NCBI GenBank assembly: GCA_904063045.1
Contig: CAJFCJ010000023.1
Coordinates: 434,001 to 498,000, forward strand
Direction: 5' to 3'
DNA length: 64,000 nucleotides
DNA from: Dimorphilus gyrociliatus
Lineage: Eukaryota; Animalia; Annelida
Part shown: positions 1 through 12,859 of the stretch, piece after piece
How the letters are laid out: each line of letters starts with the position of its first letter
Position numbering within the stretch: position 1 is the stretch's first letter
Translations under genes and position numbers: made by a program
Notes under the pieces: model-generated
What the model saw: the letters and a program-made list of their open reading frames with translations, nothing else
What the model was told of the DNA's origin: nothing
Databases searched by the model: none

Positions 1-3000
1 TACGAAATTCGACCGGCGTCACTCCGTTTCGCAATCAACTTGTTCGATTGATGAGTTGTCAGGCGTTAGAACAATAACGTGAATTTTATTAATCGCTTTT
101 TTTTCAACTTCCGAGAGGAGTGACAATGTCCTCGTTGATCGTTGATAAAGCGCTAATCCGATTAATGGATTATCTAAATTCGCTAATTCGTTTTGTCGAG
201 CATTATGTATAATTATTAATATACTTCGACGTCGACAGTTTTTCTCACCTTATTCTAGAATTTTAAAAGGAACTTTTTCCTCCGATTGCGCTGGTCGAAC
301 TGACGGCGTCTGAGAATGTGACGCCGTTCCTGATTGGTCTGCATACGAGACATCGACCAATCGTACGTTTCGATGCTTTTAGACGCCTTCGAAGCTCGTC
401 GGAATGCGGCCGCCGTAGAAGTTTCTAACAAGCGGTATGTAGTCAAAGTTTTAATATAAGGGGTAAAATATCAAAATATAGTTTGCCAAGCATCTGGGGA
501 AAAGTCCGTAGAATGTAAATGTAAAGTTTGATTGAGTAGCTTAATTAACCTGGCTTTTCTTCATTGCTTGCCATCTTTGGTTCCCTTGACAAACTTTTTT
601 TAATAAACAAAAACGGAAAGGTTTGCCATCATATTTGAAAGGTAACCCTATATCAACACAATTCTCAATTACCGTTTCGTTAAAAGTATTGTAGCTGTTT
701 GTTTTCTATACAAATTTTATTGTTTTCCTTCTGGTCTACTTGAATGTTTTGGTTAGGAAAAAAGCAAAAAGAGAGGGTAATGCTTTTTTTAAAAATGTAT
801 CTTTTATATCTCTTTCCTCGCGTCTCTCCTCTCCCTTTTCTGTCCGCTTCTCTTTTTCTCTTTTTCCCTCTTTCTTTTTCGATCTATCTCTGTCTCGCTC
901 ATTGTCGTGCTCCATCTTTGATGAGGGAGAAAAGACTAATTGTCGGATTATAACTTTAATATAGAATGGTATTTAATGCATTTTTTATATATCCTTTCCT
1001 TAATGATGAAGGACTTGCTTAAGATTAACTAAGTAGCTGAGGAATTTTCGTGTAGAGCAACGCGGGAATATCACAACCTGTCAGGTATACGTTCCCCAGA
1101 TTTACATCCATATCAAATCAGGGATAACGGTCTTCTTTTCAATCACGATTCTCATCAGACCTCTTCAAAGCTCCAGCGTAAATGAATATTCATTAGACCG
1201 ACAGAGAACGTGTAAATTCTCAACGTTTTCTTAATACGTTTTTATTTAGAAAGAAAATTATATAAATTCTTTGTTTTATTTTTACTAATCATTCATCAAA
1301 GCTCCTATTTCACTTGCACTTTCATTCACTCTATACTCTTTCGCTCTCTTGCTCTTTCACTCTTTTCTTCTTAGTCGGTTTCTTTGATTTATTGAACGGA
1401 GAAGTTTTATCTATATCTTTTTATCCAGCGTCTATTAAAAGATGAAATGATAAATAAACCAAATGGTCTGGCCCGTCTAAATCCTATTTCAACTTTTTTA
1501 GATATTTTCGTAAAGCAAAAGGAAAAAAAACATTACCAAACTAAAAATAGAAAGAGATATGCATTATTTTTCATACGTGGAATATATTAATTACATCCTT
1601 ACCGATCAGTCCTTTTGTATCCATTGTTCTTTTTCTCTCTCTAAAACAGTGGTTTCAGCGAAAAAACTACTACATAGCATACTTTTCCTCGCTGCCACTA
1701 TTCATATAGCTTCTGAGCGGAATATATCAATATTTTTACTTGTTTCAATACAAATAGAGATATACTTAGTTGTATATTAGACGACGTCGGCGTCTCTTTC
1801 TATCGCTCCACTTCCCTCCCTTTCTGGCTCTCTCTCTCATTAAAATTATTTTGAAAAGTCTCAGCTGTTAATTTTAAATTAAAGAAATAACGAGAAAAAA
1901 AACCAGTAAAATATTCTAACAAGCGTTTTTTCACTCTTTCTTTTTATTATATAGAAATAAAAAGTAAAGTAAAAAATAGAAAAGAAATAAACAGAATAAA
2001 CTATACGCAATTTTTAAAAGGGAGAAGGCAAGGTAAAAGTTTGCCATTTGACATTTTTAGAGAGACAGAAAGAGAGACAGACAGAAAAAAAGAGAAATGT
2101 AACGATTCCTTTAAAAAGGAAGAGAAAGGGAGAAAATTATGAGAAATATGAATTTATGTAAATAATTTATACGATAGAGATAAAAAAGAAAAGAAAAACA
2201 AAAGAGACGGTTTTTTTTTATAAAAAAAAAGTAAATAAAAAAAAAGATAATTACATAAAATATTTGTAGTAAAAAAATATGTCTTTCTTTTATTTTTTTT
2301 CAACTTAGATTTTCCATATGAAAATATAATAAAAGAGAACAAATTAGCGAGACTGCTAATTGTTAATTTAAAAGGGTGTTGTTGATCAGTTACTTCAATA
2401 ATGACATTAGTGAATACAATCAATGGTATTATATTTCAACAACACATGACTCGTTTCAAAACAACTTCAACTGGCTATTCTTATTTATCATATACTAAAA
2501 GAAATATAACGGTATTATTACCTTTCAAATGAGCGATTGAGTAATAAGGTGACTCTTCAACGAGGAAGGATCGAGACAAATAGATAGATGGACAGATAGA
2601 CAGATAGAGAGATAGATACAGATATATAGATAGACATGTAATGTACCATATAGTTGTATGTATATAAAAAGCGCTTATTGTATAAATAGTTGCGCAAAAA
2701 ATATATACTATTTCTAGACCGGCAACTGACGAGAGGAGTAGAGAGATATAGAAAGGAGAGAAGAAAAGAAGAAGAAAGAGACGAAGAAGGAGGCGGAGGA
2801 GTAGGAGGGGGAGGAGGAGGAGATCGAGAGCAAAAAATAAGAAGTACAATACTAATGAGAGGCATAGAATACGACGGGTTCAATAACATTTTAATTATGA
2901 TTTCTCTAGTAAATAATCCTCAAGTAAAAAAAAAGAGGAGAGAAAAGAGAGAATGTAAGCATTTTACGTTCTTGTAATTGACGAAAGAAACTAACGAAAC

Positions 3001-4642
3001 AACGCATATGCTTTCATGCGTAAAAATTCGCTTCATCATTCATCCGTTTCAAAGCAACCTAAAACTGCTTTCGACGCTGGTTCTGTCGAATCATTTAACG
3101 ACCTTGTAACTACTTATTGAACAAAGAATTTCTATTAATCTCTTTTTTTTTCTTTATTAATTTCAATTTTCAATAGAGAACCTTATAAAGAAATTTAGCT
3201 CGTATCACTTACTTAATACAATATATGCTATATACAGTTTATATTTAAATAAATACTCACAGAAATCAATTAATCCAGTAATAAACAAATGAGAAAAATG
3301 TAAAACTTAAGAGATTCATTATCTTAATAAAACTTTTTGGGAAATTCACGGTCACGTTTCGTGGTCCGACCAATCCTTCTTACCGCTTTGATGATCTCTC
3401 ATTTCCGACGTAAGTTCGGTGAGGCGCATTCAAGTCCAAGTGATAAAGAAAGAGAATGACAAGACTACTAAATAGCGCAAGTATACGAGTAGACGTTACT
3501 GGAGTAAGTAAGCAGATTTATATTTCATCATTTTCCGAGCCAAGTGTCTTTACATTGATTATCTTTTCAAATAATGACGTTATTTAAGGGGTATATAACA
3601 TTGATGGAATCGTATGATTAAATGCAGGAGATATTTTACATAATTCCTGTCGTGTTTGTCAATAGAATAAGTAAATTGATTGATGATTTTTGCTATTCTA
3701 TTTCAAACTCCATCGAAATTTAAAACCACTGTAAACTCATTTATTTTTCATAAATCTCTACTTTATCGCCTTATTCCATTCCTTATTTTACTTGAAATTA
3801 TAAGAATATACAATATGCATTTCAACTGCTTTGTAACAGTATTAAAAAGTTTTTATGCCAACTTTTGCGCTACTTCCCATTAACAAATTAAGTTAACTTT
3901 TAAAAAAAAGAAACGGAAACTAAAGTTGAGCAGTTAATGACAGGCCACAATCGATTTCGCGCTCTTTTTTTCAACTATAGACAAAGATAAATGACAATGA
4001 AGGTAATTTTACATTGATTTTACGTTCCGTTCCTTTGAAATTTGCCTGTTGAACTGTATTCCTATCACGATTAGTCACCTGACTATAAAGCTCTTTTTTT
4101 ATCATCTACTGTCAAATGTAAAGAAAAAGTTGAAGGAAGAAAGTGAGTTACAGTGAGAACGGAACATAATAAAGAAAAACACATTTGACAATGGTGAGAA
4201 GGCGATAAAAGAAAGAGAGCGAAAAAGAGACAGATTAAGGGAGCAGAAGAGTGAATAGGAAAAAGTATAGGAAGGAAGTAAGGCAGGCAAAAAAAAAACA
4301 CCTGTTATATTGATATCATCTTACGGTTGAAAACTAACAAAAAAAAGGAAAAGTAGATAGAAAGAAGGAGAGGAAGAAAGGAAGGAAGGAAGAAAAAAGA
4401 AATTTAAAAAGGGGGAAAGGTATAAAAACTATTTCTCCTCGTAGTAATACTGTAAAGGGGAAACTAGATATGAAATAAATATATCATATTCTTTCTCTTT
4501 TTCTCTTACACCTCCTTATTCTTCTTTTTTTTCTTTTTCTGTTTCTTCTCCTTCTTCTTCTTTTTCTTCTTTTTCTTCTTCTTTGCCTTCTTCATCATTC
4601 TTTCTTCTTTCTAAGTTTTTGAATCAAATTCTCATCACGACT

Positions 4643-4911
4643 GTCACGTGATCTAGAGATCGTCTTTTTGGTTGGTAAGCGCATGCGTCTTCCGAAACGA
4701 AGCGGTCATCCGAAAAAGCGTATTTCGCGCTGTTTTAGAGATTTACTAAAGAATTGCTGAAACTATCGGGACGAGTAGATTCAGCAGAACCCAACTAGGC
4801 GTTTCTATAGTGACGCCTCGTAGACGCATTTTCGAGAGCCGCCACCGACTAGGCGTCGAGCACGTTTCCTCGTAATCCGTCCGAGGTTTTTTTGAAAAAA
4901 GCTTTGTTTGC
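4643..4911 (+). promoter_or_regulatory. CpG-rich promoter / 5'UTR exon region of the SLC16 gene
   Basis: CpG-rich patch in AT-rich DNA with GTCACGTGAT E-box (4643-4652) and NRF1-like GCGCATGCGT (4679-4688). Donor-like GTAAGC at 4675 and GTAAGG at 4912. Acceptor tgtatttcag ends at 5010, 2 nt before the ATG. Further NRF1-like sites at 5325 and 7450. Confidence 0.5.
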
Positions 4912-5012
4912 GTAAGGGTTAAAACGGTTTCTATAAAATACACTATTCATAAAGTAGCGTTCTGGATAAAGGGGATAGTTGTGTTTAATCATATCACGAA
5001 TGTATTTCAGAA

Positions 5013-5238
5013 ATGGACTTTGCAAAACAACTCTTTCAAACTTATGGTCAGCCCCTAATTGATCGCTTTAATATATGGTATGAGACCCTTCGAGTTCGAC
5101 TAAGAGAAGATAGAAAAGGATGGGGAATAAGTCTTGCTGTTCTCGTTGTCAACATCATAAGAAGCTCCATAACCTACAGTTTCGGGGTCTTTGTTGTCCA
5201 ATTGAAAAAGATCTATCAACGTCCTATGGCAGAACTCG
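5013..5238 (+). CDS. SLC16 (monocarboxylate/aromatic amino acid transporter family, MFS) coding exon 1 of 6
   Basis: MDFAKQ...EDRKGWGISLAVLVVNIIRSSITYSFGVFVVQL is TM1 of an MCT-type MFS transporter. Ends CTC G|GTAAGT (phase 1). The six joined exons total 1587 nt = 528 aa + stop. Confidence 0.9.
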
Positions 5239-7524
5239 GTAAGTCAATGTTTCCCTTATCAAAAGCGCTTTTGCTGGTTTTTTTTTGCTGTATTTAAGTT
5301 TTACTTACGAGAACCGCATTATAGTGCGCAGGCGCGCATATCGTCTTTCCTTAATCTATTAAATATTAAAACTAAAAATAGAATTTCAAGTAAAACTATA
5401 AACTAAATAAAGTAAAGAATAAAAAAAGATAATCTATTATCGACCGAGTTTTGCTTAACTATTTTATCTTAATCATTATAAAAGAAATAGCAGACAATAC
5501 TCTCAAAGTGAGAGCTGTTTTCTTATATAGTAGTTTCATTAGTTTTATTTCTCTTCTCTTCTTCTCTCCCCCTTTCCTTTTTTCTCTTGCCTACTTTTTA
5601 CGAAAAGGAAAAGTCGACCTAAAACACGTCAGACGCTCGTTAGACGCCTTTAATAGGCCTATTCTCTTCCGCTATCCAATTAATCATCGCCGTCCGAACG
5701 GCGAACGGAACGGGCTTGTCAGATATTTAACGTCGCGGAAAAACCGATCGACGTTATTGATGCGTGTGCTTTTAGCTTATATATATATTTATATATATAT
5801 TTATAGTATATTCTTTCTTTTCTTGTTTTTATAGTTTGTACATAGATTGTATACTTTCTATACAGAAATCCGATTAAAGTAGTTATTGTATAAGATATTT
5901 ATGATACTTGTATATTGAATAGTTAAATTACTGATAATGACAGGGAGACTTGACGAAAAAAGGTGAAAAGATGAAGGGAGAATGAGAAAGACAGACGTAT
6001 ACGAGCAGTAAATAGTTTTATAGTTTAGTGTAACAATAAGTAAAGGCACGCAATGATTTGCGGAGCGTATAAATAACAATAGAAAGCAATTTATCGACGA
6101 TTGAATTATTAATAGTACTCAAATCTTATATCGATATGTACAGTGATAATTTGAATAGACGAGTAGTAGGATAACAATCGGGATTTTCTTTGTATCCCTT
6201 ATTAAATATAGAGAATGATTAATTTTGTTGATTGTTATTAATCGAATAGATTAACTTTCCACAAGGTTGACTAGTCTTATGCATTTTCGCTTCGATTCTT
6301 TTCTCTTTTCGGAACATATCCTTATCTTAGTCCTTCCTCTCTTTTTTTTTTTGACTTTCCATTCACGCTATTCGCCATATTTTTCTATGAAACAACGCAA
6401 TTAAGATACATAAATAAACTAAACTAATTCTCGGAAAAAGTTGTAAATGAACCTATGAAGAAACCGATACTTTCTTTGGGGAAATATACCTTATTAGGCA
6501 ATTGTGGTTAAAACTTTAGGATAGGGTTAGCCTTAAGGTGATAATCAAAATAAGATTAAGAATAGAAATGAGAGAAAGATGAAGAAGATGAAGTGGGATA
6601 AGAAGAAGAAGAAGAAGAAAGAAAAAAAGAAGGATGTATAGAAAAGTAGAAATGTAGGAATATTAAGTAGATGATAAAGGAGAAAATAAGGGTTTTGATA
6701 GTAACTGTGACATCGACGATGACGATGCTAATGATAATGACGTGAAGACGTAAATGAAAGAAAAGAAGAAGACAGAGACACAGAAGGAAAGGGGAAAAAA
6801 AGCAACTGCACAGTCTAACAAAGTAAACAGACACATGGTAATTCATTCATTCATTCTCGTTGTCTAGCGCTTAATCAACTGCAAATGACTTTGCAGTAGC
6901 GCTTTAATCCCAAACTCAATTTGTAATCGTTGTTGTTTCGTCTCTCTCACAATAGGAAACCTCAATAGAACTGTGTGAAATCACCAAACAGAGCTTCTTA
7001 AGCACAAAGCTTTAAAGAATGCGAAATGATTAAAAGAGAGAATATACCTATAAACTAGAACATTGTTTCATTGTAAATGAAATTTAAGTAAATTAATAAC
7101 GTAGCGATCAATTACTACGTCATTTTCTCCCTCCTTAAATAAGTTTTCTTTAAGTCAATAAGCCTCCCTCTACTCCCATTTCCCTCCACCCCCTTTGCTC
7201 CTTTTTTATTGTCAAAGAATTGAAGGCAACTAGTTCTACGAGACAAGCGTTTAAACGATTTCCATTCTTATCGGTACAGTGCAGTTGCGCCCGCCCAACC
7301 GCAACATCCTTAATGCAAAATTTCCGTTTACAGATTGGATTGGAACGCTATCTCTCTGCATATTTTTGTAGAATCTAGTTAAGTGCCATTAAGAGAATGT
7401 TAATTAGTCAAGAGAAGACTGTAAAAGAGAAAGAAACAACGCTCAATTAGCGCATGCGTTAATAACTATGTAATTGATTTAGCACAAAAATTATGATTAT
7501 TAATCAGATTTTTTTTTCTCACAG

Positions 7525-7836
7525 ATTGGATTGGAACCCTCTCATTTTGCATATCTCTATCTTGCGCTCCTATATCAGTTGCTGTAGTTAGGGCGTTTAA
7601 ATATAGGGGCTATAGGATAGTTGGATTTGTAGGGACAATTGTACTATCTCTATCCTGTATGTGCTCGTCGCTCATTCAAGAATTGGAATGGATGTTTTTA
7701 ACGCACAGTCTCCTATATGGCGTAGGAAGCAGCTTTATTTACATGGCGTCTTCGCTCATTATTGGGGAGTACTTTGACAAAGACCACAAGTATCATGTCC
7801 TGGCTACAAGCATCTTACTATGCGGATATCCCCTAG
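7525..7836 (+). CDS. SLC16 transporter coding exon 2
   Basis: tttttttctcacag| then DWIGTLSFCISLSCAP...LYGVGSSFIYMASSLIIGEYF...CGYPL, typical MCT TM2-TM5. Donor G|GTATTT, phase 1. Confidence 0.92.
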
Positions 7837-8313
7837 GTATTTATTATTCTGTATTTTCGAAACAAAGGTAGAAGAAATCTTTTATGAACTGATAAGACTA
7901 AATGCTGTATACTTATACTAATGTATAGATAGTATCTATACTGTATATTAGCTTTACAAATATTAGTATATATATAAATTTATATATACTGTATATATAA
8001 AACAGAAAGAGGAAAAAAAACAATTATAAAGAATTTTTTTAGTACCTCATTTTCCTATAACAATGCATCACTTGTAACTTAATTGCAACTTATATATTCC
8101 CTAAAACCATTTTAAAACCCTACAAACAGGTTTAAGATACTCTTTTCTTTTGTCTCTTTCTCTCCATCTCTCTCTTTCTCTCCCGCTCTCTCTCCTCTCT
8201 GTCTGTCCGTCTCTCTCTCTCTCTCTCTTTCTTTCTCGTTTACTCATTCTCCATCCTTATTTTTCTACCTTACTTATTTTTTTCTTTATGTTTTTTTTTC
8301 TGCTGGTTTACAG

Positions 8314-8666
8314 GTAGCCTTCTCTTCAATCCAATAAACGCTTGGTTGGTCACCAGCTATGGCTGGAGAATTGCTTTTAGAATTGCTGCCGGTCTTATTA
8401 TTGTTACTGGATTACCGTGCTGTTGGGTATTTTCCAGTAAGGATACAATCAACCCAGAAATCTTAAGAGATGAGGAAGAAATAACTCCTAGAACCCCAGA
8501 ACCTCCAGAGCCCGTTGTGGAAGAGGTTGAGGTTGAACAGGAGGCAAAGGTAAAACGGAGGCGTTGCTGCACGCTAGCGGAACTGAAAGAACGGCCGGAA
8601 ATCGCTCTATGGTACATGGGGAATTTGCTAAATTACTTGGGATTCTATATGCCATTCGTAAATTTG
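8314..8666 (+). CDS. SLC16 transporter coding exon 3
   Basis: ggtttacag| then GSLLFNPINAWLVTSYGWRIAFRIAAG (MCT YGWR motif), an acidic central loop, and LNYLGFYMPFVNL|GTAAGT, phase 0. Confidence 0.93.
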
Positions 8667-9008
8667 GTAAGTAAAATATGAATGAAATAAAGAGAAAATT
8701 ATGATTTGGGGATATTCTATAATCTGATGGAACAAATTTTCCAATAAAAAGAAAAGGCAAAACGGAATCTACTGACTATTAATTTTTTTTGAAATATCTC
8801 TGTTACACAGTCGTTTATTTATAGGCTTAAGAATGACAAAGTGTTATCGTTACGACGTTTGTCAGTAGAACTTAATAGGAAACTGGCAAACGAAGAGGAT
8901 AAAAAAAAACTATAAAATAGAAAAAGAGAGAAATAATAGCCTTTTTCTCTACATTGATTTCATTAATTAATCTATTTAGTCGTTTATTCGTTCATTTTTG
9001 TTTTTCAG

Positions 9009-9237
9009 GCGTATTACATGAAGCTTAAAGGAATTGAGGAGACGAGAAGTTCTTGGGCTCTTACTCTGCTCAGTTTATCGGAATGTGTATCTTATATTCT
9101 TGCTTCCTTCTTTGGTGACTATTTAAAAGGCAAACTTGTCTATGCTAATGTCATATCGGCAGCAGCTTTAAGTCTCATTTGTATACTTTGGCCTATGCTA
9201 GACTTTTCTTATTCGATGATACTCTTCACATCACTCA
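9009..9237 (+). CDS. SLC16 transporter coding exon 4
   Basis: tttttcag|GCG TAT TAC ATG...FTSL A|GTAAGT; hydrophobic TM8-10, phases 0 to 1. Confidence 0.9.
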
Positions 9238-9316
9238 GTAAGTACACTTATGTTCCACTTTGTAATTAGACAAAGAAAATAATTGATTTTTCTTCCACTT
9301 GTCTTTTTTCCTCCAG

Positions 9317-9457
9317 CTATGGGAGGCTTTTTAGGTTTGACTATTGTATACACTTACGCCGCTTCCGGTGAAGTTACTAAACTTCCTATCGATGTTGCAT
9401 GGTCGTTTACGAATTTGTGGTCTGGTGTTGGCATACTTTTGGGTCCATTTTTCTCTG
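9317..9457 (+). CDS. SLC16 transporter coding exon 5
   Basis: ttttttcctccag| then TMGGFLGLTIV...GVGILLGPFFS G|GTAAGT, phases 1 to 1. Confidence 0.9.
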
Positions 9458-9577
9458 GTAAGTACAGTAGCTTCGGCATTAAATAATTGAATAACTAGTG
9501 CTGCCTTCTGCTGTTCCAATATAAATATTATACTTTATTTATCTAACGGAAAAGTTAATTGAATTCGTTGAAAATAG

Positions 9578-9903
9578 GAGCTATTTACGACATCCGACGG
9601 AACTACGACGATGTCTTCTACGTAGTTGGAGCCCTATTTGTTCTAGATGCTCTATTATTTGGTGGAATTGTCGTTTTGCAAAAGTGGAGGGAAGCCCATC
9701 CTCCTCCGGAGGCTATACCGCTGGAAAAGAGAAAATTCAGTTCGGTCTCGGAAACTGAAATGGCAGCAACAACAACTACAGCCGAATACGGTAGTATAGA
9801 AAAGCCTGCCGGACCATTAGACGCTCCTAGAAGACCTCCAAGTACCTACAAGTTGAAAGAAGAAGAATCGAATAGAGAGGAAGATTACTTTAGAGTAAAT
9901 TAA
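9578..9903 (+). CDS. SLC16 transporter coding exon 6 (last)
   Basis: aaaatag| then GAIYDIRRNYDDVFYVVGALF (MCT GxLYDxxxxY motif before TM12), tail ends YFRVN-TAA. The acceptor has a weak pyrimidine tract but the phase fits. Confidence 0.88.
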
Positions 9904-11661
9904 TGGAAAGAATGATTTTAGAAGTGTTAAAATGTTAGATGGTTAAGGATTTTAAATTAATTAATTGTAATATATATAAATATATTAAGACTATTAATTA
10001 AAATATTGATATCTGTAAGAAGTAAGGAGATAAAAAGATACAAAAAAAATCATTAGGCTTTCGTTTTTGTTCATAATTGTAAATGTACGAGGAAAAAAAA
10101 AGGAAAAACATGGAATGCTTGTGTTTATTTAAATGAAGGGATGAACATATAAAAGAAAAACAAATAAAAAAGTTTCGTTTCTATCTTATCGACGGATACG
10201 ATTCAAAAAAAAAAACAGAGGAGATCTATAATGAATTTATCATAGTGGATGGGTAATAATCGATCGATTACTGTTTAATTTTATCCATTGTAAATCATGC
10301 GGCTTATCGATTGATTAAACAAATCTATAATGAATCATTTCCCTTTCTCTCCGAGTCTTCCTTTTCCGTTCAAGAAAACTAAGAGCTAGGAACAGAATAA
10401 CAGAGATCGAAATAGACCAACAATATTACATTTATTCTATTTTTCCAATTCGTATCCCATCCGTAAAATACTCCATTCCGATAGTCGTTTCAATGATAAA
10501 ACGTTTCGAGATGACCAACATCAATTTTGTTAATCCGACCATAATCCGCTCTCTTCCCAGCAGCTAAAGCTATTAAGATTATATAATTACGATTGACTGC
10601 ATTATACAATATGTTAAAAAGAGGGAAAAAATGTGTTTATCCCTTCGACTTTAATGCTCTCAACCGTTGAAAATATATTGTAAAAGTCTTATAGCAGTAT
10701 AGTAAAAAATTTAATAAAATATTTGTCAATTCTCCGTTAATTATTTTAATTAATTATCTAATTAGTTAAATATATGACAGGTAATCCTTTCATTCTGTAT
10801 TCATTTCAACCGTTTTTTCGATAACTATTCATCCGAAATTTCAACGATTTTACGCCATCTTGCGGGTTTTAAATAGTTTACCCTAGTGGGCAATAATTGA
10901 AAGTGAAGGAGAGAAAAGGCAACGGAAGAAAACGTTGGAGAGATTGAGCGACGTAGACAGAAAAAAGCGGAAGGGGCTTATTAAAAAATTAAGAAGGAAA
11001 GGAGTTTAATTATGTAAAAAGTTGAGTGATAAATTGAGAAATTTCAATGTGTTTAGATTGAAAAGTATTCGAAAGGCTTGGGGTGTGAACCGTTCCATTA
11101 TTAAATCAATCAATCTATTGATTGAGATCTTATTTAACGATAAGCATCAAGGTAAAGCATCCAGGACAATTTAATAAAATGATTAATAAACTTGTTTATA
11201 TTAGACGATTATTATGTCAATTTTCCAAATTAAACATTTCTCACTTTTCCTACGATAACAGAAGATTTATATATAGAAGGAAAACCAGCTAGTTTATGAC
11301 TAAATAAGAGAGAAAGAGAACAGAGAAAGATTTGAAACAATAAGATAAAAGTTTAGGGAAAACTATCTGCTTGTTTAATCAGTTAAAAAGAGGTCATAGT
11401 GGCAAATCTTAGAGATTGGGCCATGCTCTAGAGTATTAAAAGAATCTATGCACGGAGAAGAATTAATTTTTTAAGAAAAGAGTGACACCTGTAGGCGGAT
11501 AAGTAGGCCTAAATTACAAGCATAAAAGGCGTTGTCCCAAGCAGTAGTGGCGTTATTTTGCGTACGTTGACGGAAAAAGTTTGTTTCATATATTTCCTAA
11601 ACAAACTTAATCGTTGAAAAACGATTCTCTTTTTTTCTTTTTTCAACTGACAGACAAGATT

Positions 11662-11764
11662 ATGAAATCGAATTACGCTCTGTTCGTCACCTTAATCTGC
11701 TGTTGCGTAATTGTTGAACAATTCGCTCAAGAATATTCACCGGACGGTTATAAATTCGACGATG
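11662..11764 (+). CDS. Neuropeptide precursor exon 1: shared signal peptide MKSNYALFVTLICCCVIVEQFA-QEYSPDGYKFDD
   Basis: Basic N-terminus plus hydrophobic core. Preceded by acceptor ttttttcaactgacag (ends 11653). Donor GAT G|GTTTGA is phase 1 and matches both downstream exons. An alternative phase-1 donor at 11747 is possible. Confidence 0.85.
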
Positions 11765-12785
11765 GTTTGATATTTTCCAATTCTTTGTTGTATTGCTTTA
11801 TATTTTCCGGCTTTCACTTCTTTCAAATTACGCTTACGAAAGTACGCTTTTGCAGCTGTCGATTAGACTGTCGCTGACAACATTTGTCCGTTTATGAGCT
11901 TTAGCTTTTTAGCTTAATATCTATCCAATAGAAATATATATATATATATATATATACATATCTTTTTTTATACATAAGTATACGTATTCATAACGCCTAT
12001 GCTTATACATATATGTATACAAAAAAGGATTATATACTACCTATGAAGGGATAATAGTAAAAGAGTTTAATCTCTTTAATTAGCTTCTCAACGATGCTGA
12101 AAAGTATTTAAAAAACAGTCGATTAATCTTAAACAAATTTTCAATTATCAGTTAGATGTAAAAAGATATTCTAATAAGTTGTAATATTAAAATATCAAAT
12201 CATATTCAATCGAATGGAATGAATTAAAAGTCTGCTTGAATTTCAAAAATAATTAACTTTTGAGAAAATAATATACAAACACTGAAAGAAAACAGATAGA
12301 AAGAAAGAAAGAAAGAGAGGTGAAGTTTGTTATTGTTGGATTTAATATCTTTATAAATATAACATATTTAAGTTTTCCCTCTTAACCCTTAAAATATTTC
12401 ATATTTTTCATTCTTTCGTTCCCCTCCCTCTTTTCTATATCTTCCTCCTCTTCTTCCTTCTCCTGTTCAGTCTGTTCTTTGTTATTGCTCCTCCTCTCAC
12501 TTTATTAATGCTATTAAGGCAAGAAAACGTAATTAATCATATTAAGTTTATTCTACTTCGTATTCGACTTAAAAAAGTATACATTTAAGTTGATAGCAAT
12601 CTTTATATAGATCAAATGAGCGAATAAGTGTACATACATATTCATATATGTACTTGTATATATATATTATTCATGATCTACACAGTACATACGTAAGCAT
12701 CTTTCCATTTTCTTAGCAATCTATACTAGCTGGGGAGCAATTTATATTAAAAATGTATGTATAAGTATCTATATATGTATATTTA

Positions 12786-12787
<2 letters not shown>

Positions 12788-12857
<70 letters not shown>
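12788..12857. repeat. (AT)n microsatellite
   Basis: Uninterrupted AT dinucleotide run of about 70 nt in the neuropeptide intron. Similar runs near 27240-27287, 27917-27960 and 62749-62788. Confidence 0.95.

Positions 12858-12859
<2 letters not shown>

Noticed and set aside
740-4301. Track ORFs rich in F/L/S/I/Y or E/G/R in this interval (and the many similar ones across the window)
   Set aside because: Translations of CT-, AT-, GA- and poly-T tracts with no splice context or domain motifs.
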